Shown here piece after piece: positions 28,901 to 36,981 of a stretch of DNA of 41,156 bases (its first letter is position 1; every line of letters starts with the position of its first letter). The position numbers and the translations under genes are program-made. The stretch lies in IMG/VR virus record IMGVR_UViG_3300030330_005072, positions 1 through 41,156 of that record; one strand, given 5' to 3'. Source of the DNA: a virus. Its lineage: Duplodnaviria > Caudoviricetes. Below the pieces are notes generated by a model. It saw only the letters and a program-made list of their open reading frames with translations, was not told the origin of the DNA and made no database searches.

Positions 28901-29746
28901 GTTAATGGTGAATACAATATTACACTAGACTATAAAAGCGGTGAGAATATAAATAATACAACTGTTAGTTTTAATGAAAGATCTAAAGGTTGGGTTAGCT
29001 TTAAATCATTTATTCCTCAAGCTGGTGTTTCTGTTGGTGGTAAATACTTGACAGCTATATCTAAAGATATTGGTAGTGTTGGTTATGAAGGAAAAGAAAA
29101 AAAAGGTATATACGAACATCATGTAGATATAACAAAGCAACAATCAAGTTCTCCTAACTTTGGTGAGATAATAAATAGAAATGTATTTTATGCTACAGAT
29201 GAGTCTATACAGTGCGAAGGAGATTCAACTGGTGACTGTGCTAACGTTAAAAATGTAAACTATTGCTTTAAAGAGTCTACATTTAACGTTTTATTTAATG
29301 ATATACCAGGATCTGTTAAATCTTTTAGAACCGTTAGCTATGAGGGTTCTCAAGGTAGAGTTCTTCAGTTTTTACAAACAGGTTTAGATCAAGTTGATCC
29401 AAGTGGTCAGCCTTTTATTAATCAAACAGATAAAGAATTTTACAACTTAAACAATAAAGATGGATGGTGGGTTAGTAGCATAGAAACAGATCTATGTAAA
29501 GCGCCGGAGTTAAGTGGATCTGTTCCTGAATTTATTGAAAAAGAAGGCAAGTGGTTTAATAAAGTTGGTGGAGTAAGTAGAGAAAATATGGAAGATAAAC
29601 ATTTAAGTGAATTTAGTGTTCAAGGTTTAGGAAATCTATTAAATATTGAATCTACTCAAGTTGAAAGTATTGATATTAAAATAGTTAGTGATATGATTGA
29701 CGATGATAGTAATCCTTATGATCCAAACGCGGATAATAATTTATAA
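22967..29746 (+). CDS. large tail nozzle/stabilisation-like protein (2259 aa) with big insertions
   Basis: N-terminal F..GKMNKD.DER.VP.GEYRDA.NI, LLFWTD...EPKRINI, C-terminal YGIS.NPES, YFTD..RG.VLRLS.DGLT.IS and EF..KEGKWF, typical of crAss/P22 gp10-like tail proteins. Confidence 0.7.
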   Translation: MPEIKHDFSAGKMNKDFDERIVPNGEYRDAMNIQVRTTSADGDSGNAGAIQNIQGNKYIKEGAYYESSYSSDNNESKMIASIANEKDNKAYFFLSSPNWDTMLSDASLITSKKKFIDTIIEIDTKTGTDDPTSLPVVVDKWGIIDVAQGTSTSPGVLYQTTNTSSSWQSFYVNDVTDYRIGMLVQAYDSNGEEMFSALDEDTFNPVEIQNIDTDNNLITVYSTQSPVDWDTISFFTFRHPDRVLNFRNDIKITGLNIIDDLLFWTDAKIINGEMTGTEPKRINIRKCKEGSIAGDTLADSDWTNHTQLKLQDPIDDSNLLDFTPDLELSLAPSINNDIREEHVTVLREAPLMAPTLVMKQTDRDSENIQILDFFFDFSTYNSGEGPAVGDQVTVTDNDNSTPDILKTLNLQPDDIIKFKQSDGVFLTASVDEVNVIDCLDENGETIEGCTNDGETAITMTIMTFNGLLVAPNPSENDFYGYWTISLEQKKPLFELKMGRFGLRYKYEDGEYSSFGPWSELAFLPGAFDYDHKKGYNLGMTNTLRSLVIRDFIPNQRTRGADIVAVDILYKTTDSPNCYVVKTITRGRDNEWKKFTTSSPDATNNDTYSDGSPMFGEISITSEMIHKALPSSQLLRSWDNVPKLALGQEIAANRLVYANYEQGYEITNELALIQNLKSDNTTFTPQPTETSPQKSVKSIREYKFGLVFGDKYGRETPVLAPGYLVDNASTGEFVYKDGSINVEKRLAHMSNRFQLTQDWPGSEQGPDDWISYVKYYVKETSSEYYNLVMDRWYFAEDGNIWLSFISADRNKLDIETYLILKNEHGNPTPVEERARYKILAIENQAPEFIKADPRPMGSVELGPGSFEWMFSDVVSGVENSNPPDILMDGTEITIEAAFWNDFLSEYDESQGDLQVRVTASAGGVTLVSNNFQSVTYHVTDSDGNCRVSWKNPFGEAANMYAQHVANLGSGSGTELSNMTYFLEFRELVFKNSPEFDGKFFVKIERDDILDSKVLQFEAGTEEWVEYESFPLAYIDNQQYNPSATSGPYANGPIADTNIDYMARKDYRWFDTTSVPANGDSGENLNMASITSLTMSNGNTLWQDDFDCGGSHGEGDHFFDRKTGTASTTYSSSNFPLLEADDESDGTSAGSYNSSTSAYKNSGCFSYDSEYMALGCADHDAIDNAKNIDGNPGDTWLNSRGKINEVGPWEGDATNPIGNTAILNRARETRDFWKWWVETSSFHLETKVFIDSVRTRFTELNGSGLICENGFDEDGNCIEDETNVAFPNASGWNSLGATWWTEENKVSGHFYKPSGIDQGVLSGDNFTDTLSTGHLGRIAFAIVDMRTTIDPSYWASSGWGEPGDAEYDFKKRMTTKGTLFRFKNDPEDCIYKVVSKSTEAERYESYNYNEVKDSLYGDWTDHNYWGNAPSGEDNDHFVFHYEDPHGINYGEFSHQNILWWINKTPFHHNGTDTYQSGYDGFPPWIGGVDIDGDDPHEAMTKKTSCQPCGTIYGNGGDSDLQIYPLYCRRYGIRIEFRKWSEDTDTSINSLGLTGNGDEGIDTGIWDPRGAVCHDGREAFRIAFIRKDTGGGEPVIPVSDAAIWETEPKENVDLDIYYEASNAIPTRLNSENTSNFAPYGSKISLKAYDSSENPGYINVNLDNTNHFVSHIGYTQTHSIVGIKSTQADEVVNYQTSGIHTGSTTVGNATIQLANNSYIVFHHPDGTQTMSKVVSFMKPVDEEGNGIDTSTIVNTQEYLFTETNTNVGFYKLDSNVWKFPVELGWFNCYSFGNGVESDRIRDDFNAPQMDNGVKVSTTFLDYGKERRGSGMIYSGIYNSTSGINDLNEFNMSEKITKDINPTYGAIQKLKIRDTDIVVLTEDKVLKVTTNKDALFNADGNPQLLASNRVLGTAVPFVGDYGISQNPESLVSDQYRMYFTDMQRGAVLRLSRDGLTPISEVGMKTWFRDNLKKTSSLLGTFDSVNGEYNITLDYKSGENINNTTVSFNERSKGWVSFKSFIPQAGVSVGGKYLTAISKDIGSVGYEGKEKKGIYEHHVDITKQQSSSPNFGEIINRNVFYATDESIQCEGDSTGDCANVKNVNYCFKESTFNVLFNDIPGSVKSFRTVSYEGSQGRVLQFLQTGLDQVDPSGQPFINQTDKEFYNLNNKDGWWVSSIETDLCKAPELSGSVPEFIEKEGKWFNKVGGVSRENMEDKHLSEFSVQGLGNLLNIESTQVESIDIKIVSDMIDDDSNPYDPNADNNL

Positions 29747-29749
29747 GTT

Positions 29750-31213
29750 ATGCCTAATCCAAATGTAAATTATTATATATCGTCAACAACCTATAGTGTT
29801 TTTCCTGGTGAAACTTGGGGTTTACAAGATTTAGATTCAGATGGTTCTAGTGATGGTGGACTTGTCCCATTAGAAATGGAAATTTTAGCCAATGAGGGTT
29901 ACACTGTTGATGCTAGTTATTTTACTATAAAAGGTTATGAGCCGACTTCTATAGGTCCTAACGGAGAAAGAATATGGGAAGAAGGTTTTGATACTACAGA
30001 CGCTAACGGAAACGAAGTTTTAAACATACAGTTAGGTGGTGATTTAACGTTTGATATAAATAAAGTACATATATACAACTCTGTTAATAGTACCGTTATT
30101 GTTAGAGCTTGGTTAAATTCAAATTACGATATAACTGGAAGTCAAGACATTGAACTCAATTTAGATATTGATGGTGACGCTCAACTAATACCTATAGAAC
30201 CTGAGCAACTAGAAACTCAATTTTATATAACACTAAAGTTGAAAAATGGTGAAAACAGTAACTCTATAATAGAAGCTAATATAGATTGGTATGGAGGTTC
30301 AATTGGAGATGATAATATTCCTGAATGGTTTATTGAGGCTGTAAATATAGATGACAATACAGCTAGATTAGTTTTTACTAAAAATCCATATTACACAACA
30401 CCCCAACCAATAAATTTTACAACTTTTACGGGATTTATTATAAAACCTAAAAACAGTAGTTACACGGTTTGTAAAGATAATTTTTTTGTAGAAACAGTTG
30501 ATGATTATGTTATCAACGCTTTAGTTCCTTGGTCTTTTTCTTGTGAACAATCTTTTTGTAACGACGTAAATGTTGATGAAACTAAAAATGTGTTTATAAA
30601 CAACTCTAGTGGTACTGGTAGTAGCGCTAGTGCTTCATCTATTGATATTACTAATAACCCAGTTTATTACCTTGCTTACACATACGGAACTTATAATAAT
30701 GAAAACTATGGAGACGAGGGTGGGACCTTTGGTGGTCACTATGTTGATAGAATTAAAAACTTAAAACTAGGTATTGAAGATGGTGATAATATTGATTACG
30801 TTAATATTAATAGTTTGCTTCAAAATTCTGATTTCAACACCTCTAACTCAAGTAACGCTATGTTAGGCAGCGATATTGTTATAAGAAATTCATTTTTTTT
30901 ATTACACCAAAATAGTATAATCTCATTTAGTGAATACGATAATATAATGCAGTCAGTTGACTCTTGGACCTATGGTCCTAGTCCTGTATCTAGTTTTTTA
31001 AACCCAATAGATTGGGTTAGTAATGTAGTTATTATAAGTTTTGCTGGAGCGACAGGTGCAGCCGTACCTTGGAATTATTTTCCGGAAAATAATTTACAAA
31101 CTGGAACAAATATACCTAAAAACTTTATAATTGAAATTGATGGGTCAGCTATGGAAATACAAACAGGTAGTACACCTAGCGGAGAGATGAATATAATTTT
31201 AGAAGAAAACTAA
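29750..31213 (+). CDS. putative tail appendage protein, paralog of 31215..33389
   Basis: Shares GETWG.QD.D, VDAS.FTIKGY.PTSI, DANGNE..NIQ.GG, NKVH.YNS and DIELNLDIDGDA.LI. Confidence 0.7.
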   Translation: MPNPNVNYYISSTTYSVFPGETWGLQDLDSDGSSDGGLVPLEMEILANEGYTVDASYFTIKGYEPTSIGPNGERIWEEGFDTTDANGNEVLNIQLGGDLTFDINKVHIYNSVNSTVIVRAWLNSNYDITGSQDIELNLDIDGDAQLIPIEPEQLETQFYITLKLKNGENSNSIIEANIDWYGGSIGDDNIPEWFIEAVNIDDNTARLVFTKNPYYTTPQPINFTTFTGFIIKPKNSSYTVCKDNFFVETVDDYVINALVPWSFSCEQSFCNDVNVDETKNVFINNSSGTGSSASASSIDITNNPVYYLAYTYGTYNNENYGDEGGTFGGHYVDRIKNLKLGIEDGDNIDYVNINSLLQNSDFNTSNSSNAMLGSDIVIRNSFFLLHQNSIISFSEYDNIMQSVDSWTYGPSPVSSFLNPIDWVSNVVIISFAGATGAAVPWNYFPENNLQTGTNIPKNFIIEIDGSAMEIQTGSTPSGEMNIILEEN

Positions 31214-31214
31214 T

Positions 31215-33389
31215 ATGTCAGTTAATTACTTTATAAATTCAATAGCTAAATCTGTTAACGCTGGTGAAACCTGGGGTGAACAAGATGTAGATAATATTAG
31301 TGGACCAGATCAGGGTTTAGTACCATTAACTATGACTATAAACGCTATTGATTCCAACTATCAAGTTGATGCTTCTAACTTTACTATAAAAGGTTATCAA
31401 CCAACTTCTATTTTCATGAACACAGATGGAATAGAAGTTAGAGAGTGGTTGAATGGAGAAAACACAATAGACGCTAATGGTAATGAAATATCAAATATAC
31501 AGATTGGTGGAAACACGAATACATATGCAGTGAATAAAGTTCACATGTACAATAGTAGTATTAGTGGTGGAAGCGTTTTGTGGCCAACCTCTGGATACAC
31601 AGAAAGTGATTTAAATAATGGTAATTATGTTTATCAACCTTTTGTTTATGATGTATTCGCTATTGGCTCATCTTCCTATGATTTAGGTGATTTTGCCAAT
31701 ATAATACTAGGTGGAACAACATTACAAATTGGAGATGTTTTTGGGGCTTTTTATGAGCAAAACGGAGACTTTGTATGTGCAGGTATTCATCAATTTACTT
31801 ATGACACACTACTAGGCGGAAGCCCACTTAACATGCAAATAAATGGAGAGATGAGTCAACATCCTTTTATTGAAGGATATGTAGGAGATGATGATACCCC
31901 TTTTGACTTGCCAAACACTAATGCTGGATTTGGATTTACTAGTGGACAAGAAATACATTTTTTTATATTACAGTTATCAACTGGCAATACGTATAGATAT
32001 GTCAACACGCAATGGCAAAATGATGATCCTGCTAATAATTTTCAAGGTTTTGTTACTGGCAACCAAACTGTGTATAAGCCAATTGGAACTGGTAACACCT
32101 TTTTATACGAGCAAACTCCATCAACAGGTGATGCTAATTTTGTAAATGTAAAAGCATGGATAGATGCTAGTTATCAAATAGGTTTGCAAGATATAGAGCT
32201 TAACTTAGATATAGACGGAGATGCTACATTAATAAGTCCTATTAATCAATCTAATGCATTTACGATTAACGTGGAACTTACAAACGATAATCCCAGAGCA
32301 AAAGTATTCTCTATTATACCTACTGGTACAAATTATTACTTTGAAACTCCTAATCCACTTAACTGGCAAATAACAGCAGTTGGTTCAGATGGAGAAGCAA
32401 CAAAATCTTCTGTTTTATGTACTTGGAATGGAGATGAAATATCCCAAGCTAATGCTACGCTTTTAAGTACAAACACGAGCGCTCCTAAGCAAGCTTGGTT
32501 TTTTATAGTTCCAGATGATGGATATACAATTTCTAGACATAATTTTTATCCTGAAAATAGTGACATTAGTAGTCCTGGAACACCTACTGTTCCAAGTAAT
32601 CAAGGTGGTTTTTTTAATGGTGGCCCTTTAAGTAGAATAAGTACTCTTCATACTTACGATTTTGAAGGAGGAAACTTTAGCGAATATTATAATGAAACTT
32701 TAAAAATTATTAATGCAACACAAACTCCACAATCTGGGGCTGGACTTGCAACAATAAGTGGAGCTTACGCTTACACTAGTTATGGTTCTTTAGATCTTGC
32801 TAATACAATTCCACTTCTTGGTCAGTTTGCTAATTATGAGGTTTTTTTCGACTACGGTGGAGAAACAGTAACCGCTGACTTTTTATACGCTAACAATGCT
32901 CCTGCTCCTTTTATATATGCTGACTCTGGAGCTCAATATACCGCTGAATTTGGTGGTAATGATTGGGCGCCACCCCAAACTGATACCACGTGGAGTTACG
33001 GTCAGGTTATGTTTATAGATATAAACCCTTCTGGACCGTACACGACAACTGGTCCTAATACTTCCGCTTTAGCACAGACTCAAGCGTGGGGTGATTGGGA
33101 TAATGTTCCATATCCGTATAATATAACTGATACTTTAATATCTACAGGAGTAAGTGAAACTCAAGATGTTCCATTTCTTTTTGAACAAGTTTTTCCAAAC
33201 GGAGTTTTACCTGATGATTACTGTGCTGGAGATTGGACTGGAAATGTTGTTTTAATTGCTTTTAATGGAATAGATCAACATATTCCTGGTTTAAATCCTA
33301 AAGACATAACGTTAAAGTTATCTGGACAAGCTATGTTAGATGATGGGTCTGAATGCGCTAGTGTGTCTGGGACAATAACTGAAGAATAA
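31215..33389 (+). CDS. putative tail appendage protein, paralog of 29750..31213 with an inserted domain
   Basis: Same N-terminal module split by about 190 aa; similar C-terminus W..NVV.I.F.G...G.AM. Confidence 0.7.
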   Translation: MSVNYFINSIAKSVNAGETWGEQDVDNISGPDQGLVPLTMTINAIDSNYQVDASNFTIKGYQPTSIFMNTDGIEVREWLNGENTIDANGNEISNIQIGGNTNTYAVNKVHMYNSSISGGSVLWPTSGYTESDLNNGNYVYQPFVYDVFAIGSSSYDLGDFANIILGGTTLQIGDVFGAFYEQNGDFVCAGIHQFTYDTLLGGSPLNMQINGEMSQHPFIEGYVGDDDTPFDLPNTNAGFGFTSGQEIHFFILQLSTGNTYRYVNTQWQNDDPANNFQGFVTGNQTVYKPIGTGNTFLYEQTPSTGDANFVNVKAWIDASYQIGLQDIELNLDIDGDATLISPINQSNAFTINVELTNDNPRAKVFSIIPTGTNYYFETPNPLNWQITAVGSDGEATKSSVLCTWNGDEISQANATLLSTNTSAPKQAWFFIVPDDGYTISRHNFYPENSDISSPGTPTVPSNQGGFFNGGPLSRISTLHTYDFEGGNFSEYYNETLKIINATQTPQSGAGLATISGAYAYTSYGSLDLANTIPLLGQFANYEVFFDYGGETVTADFLYANNAPAPFIYADSGAQYTAEFGGNDWAPPQTDTTWSYGQVMFIDINPSGPYTTTGPNTSALAQTQAWGDWDNVPYPYNITDTLISTGVSETQDVPFLFEQVFPNGVLPDDYCAGDWTGNVVLIAFNGIDQHIPGLNPKDITLKLSGQAMLDDGSECASVSGTITEE

Positions 33390-33404
33390 ATTAATAATAT
33401 AACT

Positions 33405-34652
33405 ATGGCTATAGAAATTTTAAAAAATAATAGTATTTTAGAAATAACTGGTAAAAACAATATAATTGTTACTAGTAAAACTTTAAAGTCTGGTTTCGCT
33501 AAACAAAGAAAACAATTTTCTTTTTCTGGTAGAGTTAAAATGAACAAACCAACTGTAATTGCTTCGATGAAAGTAACAGCTGCTGAAAATAAAAAATTTT
33601 TAAAGTCACCAGGTATTGAATTAAAACAATCTAACAGAATTTATAGTCTTGGTAGTAACTTAAAAATGAAACTTACTGGAACTGAAAAGGACTCAAGCGG
33701 AAATATAACTATATATTTATATGATTTAGTTTACACTGGTAAAGAAAATATATCTAAAATAAATAAATTAAAATATACCTTTAGTAATAAAACAGCTAAA
33801 TTAACATCTAAAATATCAGGTATAGAAAAGGTTGATTTTGGTAGAGTAGTAATAAGTAGAAATGGTGAGAAAAGAAAAATAACAGTACATGGAACACCTG
33901 GTACAGTATTTAAAATAGCTGTTAATAAATTTATTGATGGTATAAATACTAATCTAACAGCACCCAATAATATAGTAAATAGTTTTGAAAGATCTATATT
34001 AAGCGAAGGATTATATAATAGTAACGTAGATAATATATTCAACGCTAAAAGGCATATTATAGGCTCTAGTGGTAAATATAGCTTTATTCAAACATTTCCT
34101 TTTTTATCTGATACTGATTTTACAAATGGTTTAGGTAGATACTCAATTAATATATATTCAACTAGTTATAAATCAAGCTTTAACAATTGGATAAAAAACA
34201 GACAAGCTGACGATTATTTTTGGAGTGATCCAAACGGAACATGGTATAGTAAAATATTAAAACAAAAATCTACAGCAACAGTTAAACTAAGAGCCACAAT
34301 TAATAACGTTTTATACACAATTAATAGGCAAGTTATACCAGATGGGGCTTCAACACAAACTTACGATTTAATATATCCAAGAAAAAAAGATAACGTTGTA
34401 GTTCAATATGTATTAAAACCGGTAAGTAGTAGTCATTCGTTTTCATCTACTGGTAAAACTGTTACAAGTTCCGATTGGACTGGTTCAGTTGGTGACACAA
34501 ATATAAAATTAAATAACTTTTCGTTAACACTATCTAGTACAGACTATTCTAATGACACAGCGACATTTACTTTTAATGTTAAAGTTGATAATAGAGGCAC
34601 AAGTGATGTTACGTTAACTTTTGCTGTTAATAGTTTAGTAAATTGTAGTTAA
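33405..34652 (+). CDS. hypothetical beta-rich basic virion protein
   Basis: ORF track, 415 aa. Confidence 0.7.
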   Translation: MAIEILKNNSILEITGKNNIIVTSKTLKSGFAKQRKQFSFSGRVKMNKPTVIASMKVTAAENKKFLKSPGIELKQSNRIYSLGSNLKMKLTGTEKDSSGNITIYLYDLVYTGKENISKINKLKYTFSNKTAKLTSKISGIEKVDFGRVVISRNGEKRKITVHGTPGTVFKIAVNKFIDGINTNLTAPNNIVNSFERSILSEGLYNSNVDNIFNAKRHIIGSSGKYSFIQTFPFLSDTDFTNGLGRYSINIYSTSYKSSFNNWIKNRQADDYFWSDPNGTWYSKILKQKSTATVKLRATINNVLYTINRQVIPDGASTQTYDLIYPRKKDNVVVQYVLKPVSSSHSFSSTGKTVTSSDWTGSVGDTNIKLNNFSLTLSSTDYSNDTATFTFNVKVDNRGTSDVTLTFAVNSLVNCS

Positions 34653-34669
34653 AATAAATATAAAAAATT

Positions 34670-35059
34670 ATGGCACAAATAACTTTACAATTTGATTACC
34701 CAGTAAATCAATCTTTACAAGAAGGAGATATAATATACTACATAGCACAAGGAACATCTGGTGGGTTTGATATTGGATTAGATAGTCAAAGTATAATTGA
34801 AATAGGTAGTGTTATATCTATAACAAACGTAGATAATAATAATGATACGTTTCCAGACGTTGTCAATGTGTTATGTAATATTGCTAACACCACTGCAGCT
34901 CCTACAGTAGATAAAGATTTTATATTTTTTGGAAAAGAAAGATCTATTAACGAAGCTTCAATAGTCGGATACTACGGAGAGTTTAAATTTGCTAATAACT
35001 CTAAACAGCCAGCAGAGTTGTTTGCAGCAGCTTGTGATATTACTGAAAGTAGTAAATAA
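34670..35059 (+). CDS. hypothetical structural protein (N.SLQ.GD..YY...GYY...AELF)
   Basis: ORF track. Confidence 0.75.
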   Translation: MAQITLQFDYPVNQSLQEGDIIYYIAQGTSGGFDIGLDSQSIIEIGSVISITNVDNNNDTFPDVVNVLCNIANTTAAPTVDKDFIFFGKERSINEASIVGYYGEFKFANNSKQPAELFAAACDITESSK

Positions 35060-35070
35060 CGAGCAAAAAA

Positions 35071-35089
35071 TGTAACTATATATAAGTAA
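35071..35089 (+). promoter_or_regulatory. putative late promoter TGTAACTATATATAAGTA
   Basis: Intergenic; matches 21154. Confidence 0.55.
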
Positions 35090-35108
35090 ATAATAAAAAA
35101 ACAATACT

Positions 35109-36035
35109 ATGGCTTTTAAAATGAGAGGTTTTAACGCGGGTAAAGGAACTGGTTTAAATTATAGTTTTAAAAAACCAACACCTAAAAAACAAAGTGTAGA
35201 TCCAGATGTGATAGGCGGTGCTGATCAAGCTATGGATTATCAAAAATATTATGGCCAAACTAAACCTGGTTCTGGACCAGATACGGATAAGAGGGTTATA
35301 GTTGGTGAAGACGAGTACAACTATTTAATGTCTCAACCTGGTAATGAAGAGTTTAAAAAGCGTCTTGCTGCTAATCGCGGTGGATTAAGGGAAGGAGAAA
35401 GAATGGTATATGAGCAATACGGATATGAAGATAGAGGTGGAGATAGTAGAAGAAGTAAGCCGGGCTCAGAATACACTTATCAAAAGCCAGGAGAAGGACC
35501 TAGAGGACCTGTTAGTCCTCAAGTAAGTTTTGGTTCTGGTGGAGGTAGAGATTTTGATACTTGGGTTAGAAGTGGTGTTGAAAAATTTAATAGACCAAAA
35601 TTAAAAAGAAAAGAAGTCGAAAGTGTTTCAACTGGTAAAAAAGAAGACTTAAGATTACCTGAGCGTAAAAACGAACTTAAAGGCAGTGCAGACATCGACA
35701 TGCAGATAATGGATAGGATAAACAAGCCTCAAGGTGAATTATCTTTTGGTGACGCTTTTAGAAGAGCAAGATCTGGAGAAGGTTACGGTGGAGTACCTCA
35801 AGCTACATTTGAATGGCAAGGTAAAAAATATCACAGTAGAAGAGCTGATGAGTCTAAAGCTGACTGGCAAAAGAAATTTAAAACAACAAAAGCTTCACCA
35901 GGTAAAGAACCTGTTAAAGTAGAATCAAAAGTAGAGAAAAAACCAAAGATAGAGGTTAAAACAAAAGTCAAAACAAAAGTAAAAAAAGACAAAGACAAAG
36001 ATAAAGTTAAGTTTCCTTTTGGTAGAAAAGAATAA
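35109..36035 (+). CDS. basic protein with MAFKMRGF tag and SF..AF..AR...F.W.GK.Y module
   Basis: N-terminal motif shared with the 2.9-5.5 kb cluster; Lys-rich tail. Confidence 0.8.
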   Translation: MAFKMRGFNAGKGTGLNYSFKKPTPKKQSVDPDVIGGADQAMDYQKYYGQTKPGSGPDTDKRVIVGEDEYNYLMSQPGNEEFKKRLAANRGGLREGERMVYEQYGYEDRGGDSRRSKPGSEYTYQKPGEGPRGPVSPQVSFGSGGGRDFDTWVRSGVEKFNRPKLKRKEVESVSTGKKEDLRLPERKNELKGSADIDMQIMDRINKPQGELSFGDAFRRARSGEGYGGVPQATFEWQGKKYHSRRADESKADWQKKFKTTKASPGKEPVKVESKVEKKPKIEVKTKVKTKVKKDKDKDKVKFPFGRKE

Positions 36036-36053
36036 CAATAAAAATTAATTAAT

Positions 36054-36980
36054 ATGCTAGGACAAGCAATAGGTAGTCTTGCTGGGGGTGTTATTGGCTT
36101 AATAGGTGCTGGAAAAAGAAGAAGGGCAGCACAAGCTGAAGCCGCTAGAGCAAGAGCAGAAATGGATAGAATGAAAAGTGTTTATACTAATTTAGACACT
36201 AGTAATCCATACGCTAATCTTGAAAATCAATTTGGCACTCTGACTAATCAATATGCTGGATTAGAAAACACTATGGAAGATCTAACTGTTAATCAACAGC
36301 AAGCACAGTTTGAAGCCCAACAGTTTCAACAATCACAAGCAAACATAATGGATACAATGAGAGGGGCTGCTGGCGGTAGTGGTATAGCTGCTTTAGCCCA
36401 GACATTGGCTAATCAAGGTCAATTAGCGGCTCAAAGATCTGCTGCTAGTATTGGTCAACAAGAAGCTCAAAATCAAATGGCTGCAGCTAGACAAGCTGGT
36501 CAATTGCAACAAATGGAAGCTCAAGGTGCAGCAGCAGTAGACTTACAAAGAGCACAAGGTGCGGCACAAGTAGATCAAATGAGAGCTGCTGGAGAAAGAC
36601 AATCTCAACAAATGGAGTTTAGTAAACAAGGAACTTTACTTGGTATGGCTCAAAGTGAATCAGCTGCTAGACAACAAGCACTGGCTCAAGCTGAACAGCA
36701 AAGAATGGAGTCTCTTCAACAAACTATATCCGGCGGGGTTGGATTAGCTAGCGCAGCGTTTTCTGATAGAAGATTAAAAAAGAATATAAAATTAATAGGT
36801 AATTCTCCTAGTGGTTTAAAAATATACTCATTTGAATATATTAATAAATTAATTGGTGACAAAGTTTATCAAGGTGTAATGTCTGATGAAATACCTGAGT
36901 GTGCCGTACTAAGGCATGTAAGCGGTTATGATGCTGTGGATTATTCTAAGTTAGATGTTGAATTTAAAATTATAAAATAA
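36054..36980 (+). CDS. putative ejection/pilot protein with C-terminal peptidase S74-like intramolecular chaperone domain
   Basis: Gly-rich hydrophobic N-terminus, Gln/Ala coiled coil, then SDRRLKKNI...YQGVMS.E...VDYSKL. Confidence 0.7.
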   Translation: MLGQAIGSLAGGVIGLIGAGKRRRAAQAEAARARAEMDRMKSVYTNLDTSNPYANLENQFGTLTNQYAGLENTMEDLTVNQQQAQFEAQQFQQSQANIMDTMRGAAGGSGIAALAQTLANQGQLAAQRSAASIGQQEAQNQMAAARQAGQLQQMEAQGAAAVDLQRAQGAAQVDQMRAAGERQSQQMEFSKQGTLLGMAQSESAARQQALAQAEQQRMESLQQTISGGVGLASAAFSDRRLKKNIKLIGNSPSGLKIYSFEYINKLIGDKVYQGVMSDEIPECAVLRHVSGYDAVDYSKLDVEFKIIK

Positions 36981-36981
36981 T

